Both the position numbers and the translations under genes were made by a program. Of a stretch of 20,000 bases of DNA, positions 8,802 to 15,338 are shown one piece after another; position 1 is the stretch's first letter; the number at the start of each line of letters is the position of its first letter. The stretch comes from an uncultured virus (IMG/VR IMGVR_UViG_3300031715_000005) (Duplodnaviria; Heunggongvirae; Uroviricota; Caudoviricetes): the IMG/VR virus record IMGVR_UViG_3300031715_000005; one strand, given 5' to 3'. The notes under the pieces are model-generated. The model was not told the origin of the DNA and ran no database searches. It saw only the letters and a program-made list of their open reading frames with translations.

Positions 8802-9446
8802 ATGAAAATCACTCGAACATTGAAATTCAACTTCAGCACGTTTTTGTTTACGTTTTTGGTGTTGCAGCTCGTGGTTCTGGCTTCTGGATGTTCGGCGGCA
8901 TGGTTGGGGGCCGTGAGCGCGTTGATGCCGGCGCTAGAGACGGCAGTATCGGCGGCAATCGCTTTTGTGATGGCTCTGGAGGGTAAGACCGTCCCGGCAT
9001 CGGTGAGCGCGGCAATTCAGAAGATCGGACAAGATATCTCCGCGCAGATTGCCAACGTTCAACAGCTCATTACGGTCTATCAGGGAGCGGCTTCGACCGG
9101 AACACTCAGCCAGATCCAGGCGGTGTTTCAGGCCATCGTGGCGAACCTTGGGAATATCCTTACTGCCTTCCAGGTGAGCGATTCGACTACCATGAGCAAG
9201 CTTACGCAACTCGTTGGCCTGTGTGTTGCCGCGGCGCAAGCGATCCTCGCGCTGATTCCGTTGGTAGCGACGAAGTTGGCTTCTGGAGCCTCGAAGTCTG
9301 AACTGGAAGCGGACGACAAACTCGCGGCATCTTCGGTCAAGAATGTGGAAAGCGGACTGAAACAGGCTTACGTTCAAGTCATTTCGGAAGAGACTCCTAG
9401 CGCGGACGTGAATGCCGCTCTGTTGACTCTGCCGCGAACGCTGTAG
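8802..9446 (+). CDS. Predicted alpha-helical lipoprotein
   Basis: Lipobox-like LVVLASG|C. Ala-rich amphipathic helices and a late hydrophobic stretch LVGLCVAAAQAILALIPLVA. Confidence 0.7.
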   Translation: MKITRTLKFNFSTFLFTFLVLQLVVLASGCSAAWLGAVSALMPALETAVSAAIAFVMALEGKTVPASVSAAIQKIGQDISAQIANVQQLITVYQGAASTGTLSQIQAVFQAIVANLGNILTAFQVSDSTTMSKLTQLVGLCVAAAQAILALIPLVATKLASGASKSELEADDKLAASSVKNVESGLKQAYVQVISEETPSADVNAALLTLPRTL

Positions 9447-9495
9447 ACTCTTACGAAGGGTGCCTCTGTCCGTCTGAGCTAAAGGGAGTGGAGTC

Positions 9496-10236
9496 GTGAA
9501 ACTTGGAAAACTACCTAGGAAAATTCATTATAGGACGATCCCTTTTCCGAGGTTTCTGAGTGACACGGCTCCCGCTCCCGATCCCGCCAAGGTCTATTGG
9601 GAGTACAAGCTTCCTCAGAAAAATCTTCAGATGTTCAAGAACGACAGTCTTGGTTGCTGCACGGTTGCGGCAATTGCGCACATGATTATGAACATGACGG
9701 CGCACACGGGATCAATCGTGATCCCGACGGATGATCAGGTGGTGGAGTTTTATTCGGCTGTCAGCGGGTACGTGCCCGGAGATGAATCCACCGATAATGG
9801 AGCAACGATCACGGACGTTCTGGCGAGGTGGCAGAGCGTGGGGCTGGCCGGGCACAAAATCGCCGGGTGGGTGGAATTTGACTTTGGCAATCCGCAGCAT
9901 TTCGATTGGGCGCAGTATCTTTTCGGCGGCGCGGACTGCGGGATGCAGCTTCCTAATTCCGCGATGGAGCAGTTCAACGCCAACGAAGCTTGGGATGTTG
10001 TCACCAACGATGGCGGGATTGACGGTGGCCATAGCGTCCCGTATTTTGGGTATGGCTCCGCTGGCCGCATGGGTCTTACCTGGGCGAAGAATCAAGCGGC
10101 AACGAAGGCGTTCGAAGCGAAATATTTCGACGAGGCGTACGCGGTGTTCGGGCCGGATTGGTTTGACAACGCAAGCATCGCTCCGAACGGGTTCGACAAG
10201 GACGCGCTGTATGCGTACTGGAAAACGTTGAACTAA
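9496..10236 (+). CDS. Papain-like (clan CA) cysteine peptidase
   Basis: GTG start with GGAG RBS. Catalytic-type motifs NDSLGCCTVAA (Cys), GGHSV (His) and LTWA, plus DEAYAV. Confidence 0.75.
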   Translation: MKLGKLPRKIHYRTIPFPRFLSDTAPAPDPAKVYWEYKLPQKNLQMFKNDSLGCCTVAAIAHMIMNMTAHTGSIVIPTDDQVVEFYSAVSGYVPGDESTDNGATITDVLARWQSVGLAGHKIAGWVEFDFGNPQHFDWAQYLFGGADCGMQLPNSAMEQFNANEAWDVVTNDGGIDGGHSVPYFGYGSAGRMGLTWAKNQAATKAFEAKYFDEAYAVFGPDWFDNASIAPNGFDKDALYAYWKTLN

Positions 10237-10255
10237 AAAACTTACGGCTCAAATT

Positions 10256-10296
10256 GCGCGGGGTGGCGGATGAAACTGCCATCCCGCGTTAGTTTC
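10256..10296 (+). terminator. GC-rich hairpin, possible intrinsic terminator or processing site
   Basis: 14-bp stem GCGCGGGGTGGCGG (10256-10269) pairs with CTGCCATCCCGCGT (10276-10289) using 3 G-U pairs and a 6-nt loop. The U-tract is weak (TAGTTTC). Confidence 0.5.
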
Positions 10297-10312
10297 AAAA
10301 AAGGGGGACGTG

Positions 10313-10480
10313 ATGAAAGAAAATTTCTGGAAGTATAAGGGGTATATTCTTCATTGTGCGGCGGTGGCAATTATTTTCTTGACGCCTTCGGTGCAACAGG
10401 CTTTGCTTGCGCATCCGAAAACGTCGGCCGCTGGCACGGTGGTTTGGGGTTTCCTGCTTCATTGGGCGACTGGCAAGTAA
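10313..10480 (+). CDS. Putative holin (55 aa), not in the ORF track
   Basis: AAGGGGG RBS. MKENFWKYKGYILHCAAVAIIFLTPSVQQALLAHPKTSAAGTVVWGFLLHWATGK* has two hydrophobic segments, and its stop abuts the endolysin start. Confidence 0.65.
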   Translation: MKENFWKYKGYILHCAAVAIIFLTPSVQQALLAHPKTSAAGTVVWGFLLHWATGK

Positions 10481-11008
10481 GTGGACGCAATCTCATTGGC
10501 GAGGATCGGCGAACTGCATCCGGAGCTGGCGCGGCGCTGGACACAAGCCGATCAGCTCCTGGAAGCGCAGGGTATCCGCATCCGTGTAGATCAGGGATTG
10601 CGCACGATGTCACAGCAACAAAGCATCTGGCAGGAAGGCCGCAATCCGGATGGTTCCTTCATTGATCCGATCCATCGCAAAGGTGTGGTGACGTACGCCA
10701 AGGCCGGCCAGTCCTATCACAATTATGGCCTCGCGCTCGATGGCGTACCGATGGTGAACGGCGAGCCTGTGTGGGACCGGGAGACGGAACCGGGCTTGAC
10801 GCTGTATGCGAAAATGGTCACGGCCGGAGAGACGGTAGGGCTCACTTCGGGGTCTAGGTGGCCCGAACCCAAAACGGACTTTCCTCATTTTCAGTTGACG
10901 GGAAAATTCCTGGAAGATGAACCGGATGATTCGGTGAAGGCGCTCTTCGATGCTGGCGGACTTCCGGCAGTTTGGGCGCAGTTGGACAAGGATCTCGGTA
11001 TCGCTTGA
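10481..11008 (+). CDS. Endolysin, peptidase M15 family (L-Ala-D-Glu peptidase-like)
   Basis: Motifs GLRT..QQ, VTYAKAGQSYHNYGLALD (SxH...D zinc ligands) and DFPHFQ (DxxH). Confidence 0.9.
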   Translation: MDAISLARIGELHPELARRWTQADQLLEAQGIRIRVDQGLRTMSQQQSIWQEGRNPDGSFIDPIHRKGVVTYAKAGQSYHNYGLALDGVPMVNGEPVWDRETEPGLTLYAKMVTAGETVGLTSGSRWPEPKTDFPHFQLTGKFLEDEPDDSVKALFDAGGLPAVWAQLDKDLGIA

Positions 11009-11017
11009 GGAGGCCGT

Positions 11018-11242
11018 ATGGGAGCTGGACTGAGCGGAGGAGCAATTGTAGTGGTGCTTCTGATAGGCATGGCCGTCTACGGCGGGTCAGCCGTGATCCA
11101 CGGGATCGGGCATGTGTTCAAGAAAACGGCTCAGGTTACGACCCATCCGATCCGGCATCCGAAGAAAGATGCGAAGGCCGTCTACCATAAACTTTCAGGT
11201 GACAGACCGACACCTCCGCCGGCGGGAGCCGGAACGAAGTAG
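11018..11242 (+). CDS. Small membrane protein with a basic/Pro-rich tail (possible lysis accessory)
   Basis: GAGGAGG RBS. N-terminal TM AIVVVLLIGMAVYGG followed by a His/Lys-rich tail. Lies directly after the endolysin. Confidence 0.65.
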   Translation: MGAGLSGGAIVVVLLIGMAVYGGSAVIHGIGHVFKKTAQVTTHPIRHPKKDAKAVYHKLSGDRPTPPPAGAGTK

Positions 11243-11245
11243 CTC

Positions 11246-11611
11246 ATGGAATCCACGCACGTCTATATCGTCGTTCTCCGCAATCTTGACCTTCCGGATC
11301 GGAAACTGTGCATGACTTCTGGCAGGATCGCCTCTCATGCGGTTCATGCGGCTGTAAAACTCCAACGCGCGCTTGGTTGCGACGTTTCCGAAAAGTGGAT
11401 CATCATTCTGTCTGTTGCAAACAATGTGGAATTGGAAACAGTCTGCCAAGAACTAAACCGCGAGAGGATTCAGTACGTGGAATACCGCGACGTGGACGAT
11501 GCTTTCCAGGGGCAACATTTAACCGCGATTGCAACTTTTCCGATGGAAAAGAATCAATCAGGGACGCTGAAAAAGCTACGCCCATGGCGCTGCGCTTGCA
11601 ACGAGATTTAA
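11246..11611 (+). CDS. Peptidyl-tRNA hydrolase 2 (PTH2)-like protein
   Basis: YIVVLRNL...MTSGRIASHAVHAA matches the PTH2 pattern xIVVRxDLxMSxGKxAAQxxHA. KWIILSV..EL and LTAIATFP...LKKL are also consistent, and the length is typical. Confidence 0.8.
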   Translation: MESTHVYIVVLRNLDLPDRKLCMTSGRIASHAVHAAVKLQRALGCDVSEKWIIILSVANNVELETVCQELNRERIQYVEYRDVDDAFQGQHLTAIATFPMEKNQSGTLKKLRPWRCACNEI

Positions 11612-11743
11612 GGAAGATCGCCAATCCTTCGGAATATCCTCTCCGCAAATCCAACACCATTCACGGTCATCAGGATACTTCATGCGGAAGAGATGCTCGC
11701 ATGGCGGGTCAATTTCTATTTCCAGCAAATCAATAGGCTCCAT
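11576..11743 (-). CDS. 55-aa putative Zn-binding microprotein (CxH...CxxC)
   Basis: Strong RBS AAGGAAGG 6 nt before the ATG (complement of 11741-11743). MEPIDLLEIEIDPPCEHLFRMKYPDDREWCWICGEDIPKDWRSSLNLVASAAPWA*. Has its own promoter candidate upstream. Confidence 0.6.
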   Translation of the reverse strand: MEPIDLLEIEIDPPCEHLFRMKYPDDREWCWICGEDIPKDWRSSLNLVASAAPWA

Positions 11744-11779
11744 AGCGGACCTTCCTTCGAATAGGCTGGACACAGAAAG

Positions 11780-11807
11780 AGCATAACACAAAATAAATGA
11801 AACGCAA
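11780..11807 (-). promoter_or_regulatory. Leftward sigma70-like promoter with extended -10
   Basis: On the minus strand: TTGCGT (11807-11802), 16-nt spacer, TATGCT (11785-11780), preceded by TGn. Confidence 0.5.
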
Positions 11808-11820
11808 CTAAAAATAACCC

Positions 11821-11849
11821 TTGACAACTCTGTGGCCCTGTAGAAAGAT
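11821..11849 (+). promoter_or_regulatory. Rightward early promoter
   Basis: Perfect TTGACA (11821-11826), 17-nt spacer, weak -10 AAAGAT (11844-11849), with an A-rich UP-like tract upstream. Confidence 0.55.
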
Positions 11850-11856
11850 GCCTTCC

Positions 11857-12003
11857 ATGCCAGCGAAGGACATTCTCGTTGCGACGAAAATTGACGAAGC
11901 TCTGCACAAAAAGTTGGTGGCCAGAGCGAAGGAACAAGATCGCAGCATTGCCTATCTGATTCGCCAAGCGATAGAAAATCTTGTCAACGGTGGCCATAAG
12001 TGA
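11857..12003 (+). CDS. Ribbon-helix-helix (CopG/Arc-like) DNA-binding protein
   Basis: MPAKDILVATKIDEALHKKLVARAKEQDRSIAYLIRQAIENL shows the beta-strand, helix, RS-x-x-x-LIRxAI pattern. The start is placed at ATG 11857; 11848 is an alternative. Confidence 0.8.
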   Translation: MPAKDILVATKIDEALHKKLVARAKEQDRSIAYLIRQAIENLVNGGHK

Positions 12004-12095
12004 AGCGCGAACCGCTCTGGAAAGCAGCCAGGGCGGCATTGTTTTGCGTGGTGGCTGTAGTGGTGTGTTCGATTCTGGTGGTCGTGCTCGAATAG
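12000..12095 (+). CDS. 31-aa single-TM peptide, not in the ORF track
   Basis: GTGA overlap with the RHH stop. MKREPLWKAARAALFCVVAVVVCSILVVVLE*. Ends just before the next RBS. Confidence 0.5.
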   Translation: MKREPLWKAARAALFCVVAVVVCSILVVVLE

Positions 12096-12111
12096 GAAAG
12101 GAAGGTGCTAG

Positions 12112-13119
12112 GTGGAAACGGCAATTACTTCTCCGAACGTAGAGAAGATCACGGCGGCTATTGCAACCCTTCAATCAAGGTTGGCCGCGATTACGGTAAT
12201 CGAGACGGAAGAGCAGTTCAGGGAAATAGCGGCGGTCAAGCTGGATGCCAAAGCGTACATCAAAAGCGTGGGGTTTGAGCTGGACCCTGGAATTGAAAAA
12301 GCCAAGGAAGTTGTACGACATCTAAACGATCAGAAAACCAAGTTTGTGAGTCCGGCTGAAAAAGTGGTTGAGGCTGCGGAAGAAAAGATTGCAGACAAGA
12401 ATCGCCGGGAGAGACTCGCGGCAGAGGCGGACACACGCCGGCGGAATCAAGAGGCACAAGCGAAGGCGGACCGTGAAGCAGCCGAAAAGAAACGGTTGGC
12501 CGATGAGGAAGCGGCGCGGCTGAAGAAAGCAGCCGATGAACAAGCGGAGCGGGATCGGCTTGCCGCTCAGAAGAAAGCGGATGAAGATAAAAAGGAAGCC
12601 GATAGAAAAGCGGAAGCCGATAGAAAAGCAAAACAAAAAGAAATTGATGATGCACGGGCGCGAGGCGTGGTGAACAAGCGTGAGGCTGAACGGTTGAAGA
12701 AAGAAACCGATGAGAAGGCCGCGCGGGACAAAAAAGTGGCTGACGAGAAAGCAGCGACCGACAAAAAGGCGGCTGACGAACAGGCAGAACGTGAAAAGAA
12801 AGAAGCTGCGGAAGCGGCGGAACGGTTGACGCAGCAAGCGGCCACGGATGCCGCCGTGATCCAGTCCAGCGTAGTCAAGGAAACGGTGCTGCCGAATCGA
12901 ATTGCCGTCGCTGGCCTTCGTGGAGGGGGGAAGTGGGTATTCACGGTCACGGATATCACGAAGATTCCTCGAAACCTGTTGTATCCGAATCCCAAGGATG
13001 ATGGAACCTTCGATCCGGAGAAACTCCCGCGGGTGGGAGATTTTGTCCGGAAAACGAAGGACAAAGAGAAGGCAGAGGCAGGATGTCCGGGGATCGAGGT
13101 CACGTTCATAGATCGGTAA
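12112..13119 (+). CDS. Phage coiled-coil protein with a long charged Ala/Glu/Lys/Arg linker
   Basis: AAGGAAGG RBS and GTG start. The C-terminal KWVFTVTDITKIPRNLL motif is of a type I associate with phage early/recombination modules. Confidence 0.75.
   Translation: METAITSPNVEKITAAIATLQSRLAAITVIETEEQFREIAAVKLDAKAYIKSVGFELDPGIEKAKEVVRHLNDQKTKFVSPAEKVVEAAEEKIADKNRRERLAAEADTRRRNQEAQAKADREAAEKKRLADEEAARLKKAADEQAERDRLAAQKKADEDKKEADRKAEADRKAKQKEIDDARARGVVNKREAERLKKETDEKAARDKKVADEKAATDKKAADEQAEREKKEAAEAAERLTQQAATDAAVIQSSVVKETVLPNRIAVAGLRGGGKWVFTVTDITKIPRNLLYPNPKDDGTFDPEKLPRVGDFVRKTKDKEKAEAGCPGIEVTFIDR
12594..12629 (+). repeat. Perfect 18-bp in-frame tandem duplication
   Basis: GGAAGCCGATAGAAAAGC occurs twice (12594-12611 and 12612-12629) and encodes EADRKA EADRKA. 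Confidence 0.9.
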
Positions 13120-13122
13120 GAG

Positions 13123-13423
13123 TTTGCTCGCATCGGGAGCGCAAGGGTGATTGCCTTTGAGGGGCCTGGTGCGGGTGAAAGGGCAGTGGTTGTCCGGAAG
13201 CGGTAAAGACGTAGCTCGTCGGTTGAAGGGGATACGGCACTTAGGTCGGACTGTTTTATGATCTCAGCGAAACAAACCGAGGGATGCATCCGTTTCCCAG
13301 TAGGGACGGAGATTCCCTTTCATGTACCGCAAGGAAGTTACAACCCCCTGCGGGAAAACTGAGGGAGAGTAGTTCTAAGAGTCAAACGTCGCAATGCCCA
13401 CCAACCATTGCCCATTAGAATTG
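13123..13423 (+). ncRNA. Candidate structured RNA of unassigned family
   Basis: About 310-nt gap in otherwise tightly packed genes. Several nested helices are visible, and many rely on G-U pairs that work only on the + strand (details in findings). Confidence 0.65.
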
Positions 13424-13431
13424 GAGAGATG

Positions 13432-14703
13432 ATGAAACGCGCAGCGAAACGAACGAAGGCAACTCCTCGACGGTCGCTCGGACGCCGACGGTTACGAGCG
13501 AAGCAAACGGCTATCGTGCACGTGCCACAGCCAGCGGCAATCCAACGGACATCCGATGTGCCGCGCGTGATGGAGACGGTCAAGGATTTGGAGCTGGTCC
13601 GGCGGTTTGTAATCAACTGCATGAACGTAGACCTGAAACGCGCGGAAGAACGCGCGAAACTTTTGGGGAAAAAGCTGAGTGAGGAGGAACGTCAGGCTCT
13701 TGAGGTAGATTGGGGAACCATCCCGAATGTGGACAAACCTTTCCTAAAACAACCCGGTGCGGAAAAATATAACTTCTGGCTGAAGTTGAAGCCGAAGTAT
13801 CACAAACAAACGACGGAGCTGGAAGGTGGACACTTGGAAATGGTCTGCCACGTGTCGTTGCTTACCAAGAAAGGCGGGGAAGAAATTTTCGAGGGGCCGG
13901 ACGCCTCTTGTACGACGATGGAATCCAATTACCGATTCCGCTGGAGAAAGTGCGAAGGCAATGAGAAAGATCCTGTGCCATCAGAAGCAGAGCAAGCGCA
14001 ACTGAAGAGAGAAGGGCGCGGTCGCTGGCAATTGACACAAGAATGGATTCATGGGGTCAAGCAAAAAGAAAAGGTTTGGAAGTGGTTTGAGCGCGTCAAC
14101 AATCCGAATATTTGGGATGAACGGAACAAGGTCCGCCAGATGGGAGAGAAGCGCGGGTTGGTCAAAGCGGTCCGCGGGTGCGGCGCCATGTCGGAGCTGT
14201 TCGTAGCCTCTCCGGATGAGTGGGACGTTGGACCGGAAGAGGAAGGAAGCCCGGTCGTAGACGCGGATCACACGGAAAGCGGCCGCCGGGTAGTAAATGA
14301 ACAGGGATTCGCGCCGTCCGGCAAGCCAGTTACCCAGGAAGCCTACCATGAGCAAGGGCAGGCTATTGCACGTGCGAAAGCAGAGGAATTGAGGAGAAAG
14401 ATGGAGCAAGAGGAGAAACAGCCTCCAGCGCAGCCGAAAAGCGATTATGTCCAGAAGGTCGAGCAAGAGTACGAGGAAAACCGGGTGGTTTACTTGATCA
14501 GGACCAAAACTAGCAATGACGTGAGAGTTTTGGGTTGGTTGGGCGATGGAGCAATGGAAGAGTTCCTAGGGAACGTCAATGCCAAGCGAATCGAGGACGA
14601 ATTGGACCGCTCTGTCTCCTGGAAGTTTGGACAGGAGTACGTCCCCAAGTTCAATGCTGTCTGCCAGCAGTTGAAGATTAACGTCGAGAAGATCGGCCCA
14701 TGA
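13432..14703 (+). CDS. Putative phage single-strand annealing/recombination protein
   Basis: GGAG RBS (ATG 13429 is an alternative start). DWGTIPNVDKPFLKQPGAEK and NKVRQMGEKRGLVKAVR...SELF match the widespread phage family DYGxIPGxxKPxLxKPGAEK...KMAxKRAxVxAV. An acidic linker and a C-terminal domain follow. Confidence 0.6.
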   Translation: MKRAAKRTKATPRRSLGRRRLRAKQTAIVHVPQPAAIQRTSDVPRVMETVKDLELVRRFVINCMNVDLKRAEERAKLLGKKLSEEERQALEVDWGTIPNVDKPFLKQPGAEKYNFWLKLKPKYHKQTTELEGGHLEMVCHVSLLTKKGGEEIFEGPDASCTTMESNYRFRWRKCEGNEKDPVPSEAEQAQLKREGRGRWQLTQEWIHGVKQKEKVWKWFERVNNPNIWDERNKVRQMGEKRGLVKAVRGCGAMSELFVASPDEWDVGPEEEGSPVVDADHTESGRRVVNEQGFAPSGKPVTQEAYHEQGQAIARAKAEELRRKMEQEEKQPPAQPKSDYVQKVEQEYEENRVVYLIRTKTSNDVRVLGWLGDGAMEEFLGNVNAKRIEDELDRSVSWKFGQEYVPKFNAVCQQLKINVEKIGP

Positions 14704-14861
14704 CCATCCCCTCCAACCGTAAGGGAGCGCGGGGCGGGAAGCGTGTGCGGGAGTGTGAGGATTGCGGCGAAGAAGTGAAAGGCCGTCGTTTCCGCTGCCG
14801 CGATTGCAAGAAGCTAGTCTGTAGCTGGTGCAGCGGCCATGCTCACAGGTGTAGAAAGTGA
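14700..14861 (+). CDS. 53-aa AN1/B-box-like zinc-finger protein, not in the ORF track
   Basis: ATGA overlap. MTIPSNRKGARGGKRVRECEDCGEEVKGRRFRCRDCKKLVCSWCSGHAHRCRK*. Confidence 0.7.
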   Translation: MTIPSNRKGARGGKRVRECEDCGEEVKGRRFRCRDCKKLVCSWCSGHAHRCRK

Positions 14862-14905
14862 CGCGCCGCGAATCAGGCCGTGGCTGAGAAGGGCGGGAGG
14901 GAACA

Positions 14906-15118
14906 ATGAGAGCGATTGACGTTGACCAGGCTCGTGACGAGGCGCAAGCGAAGGCCATTGACTCGCTCGCTCGTTACAAATTCATGATGTTCGGCTATTG
15001 GGCGGCGATCTGGGTGCATCTGAACAGGCTTCATCCGAGTGGGACCGTGCAAAGAAACCCATTCAAAGCGTTTGTAGACTTAGCTAGGAATTTGCGGGAG
15101 GCCCAGCATGGCGAGTGA
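14906..15118 (+). CDS. Hypothetical phage protein (70 aa)
   Basis: GGGAGGG RBS. Protein-like aromatic core LARYKFMMFGYWAAIWVHLN. Confidence 0.75.
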   Translation: MRAIDVDQARDEAQAKAIDSLARYKFMMFGYWAAIWVHLNRLHPSGTVQRNPFKAFVDLARNLREAQHGE

Positions 15119-15335
15119 CAGGCGCAGTAAACACATGCCCCAATACGACCTTTTGTGTCCACCACGTTGCCCGAAGTGCGGCTGAATTACGATGATTCGC
15201 TATCGCAGGCCGGATAAAGCGCGTTGCAATTCCTGCGGGCATGTCGCGCAGATGTTTGAATTTTACAGTCACGGGCAAAGCTATCTCGCGTTGCGAACAA
15301 CTTGGCAAGCGAAGTTGAAGGGCGAGGAGGATTAG
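15108..15335 (+). pseudogene. Zinc-ribbon gene interrupted by an in-frame TGA (pseudogene, readthrough or sequencing error)
   Basis: GGGAGG RBS. MASDRRSKHMPQYDLLCPPRCPKCG*ITMIRYRRPDKARCNSCGH...EED*, with the TGA at 15183-15185. The final stop abuts the next gene. Confidence 0.65.
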
Positions 15336-15338
15336 GTG

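Noticed and set aside
12112..13119. TolA annotation
   Set aside because: The similarity is only low-complexity Ala/Glu/Lys content. There is no N-terminal TM anchor and no tol-pal context.
13220..13400. Resemblance to a cobalamin riboswitch or raiA-type motif words
   Set aside because: Only scattered short words match, and their order and spacing do not fit the consensus as I recall it. A covariance-model search is needed to exclude this formally.
13181..13403. tRNA/tmRNA-like ends (5' GGGCA... and 3' ...TGCCCACCA)
   Set aside because: There is no T-arm (GTTCRA) before the CCA, no cloverleaf and no tag reading frame. The 5' strand pairs better with 13402-13413.
15183..15185. Alternative genetic code (TGA reassigned)
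   Set aside because: TGA, TAG and TAA all terminate well-supported, tightly coupled genes in this window.
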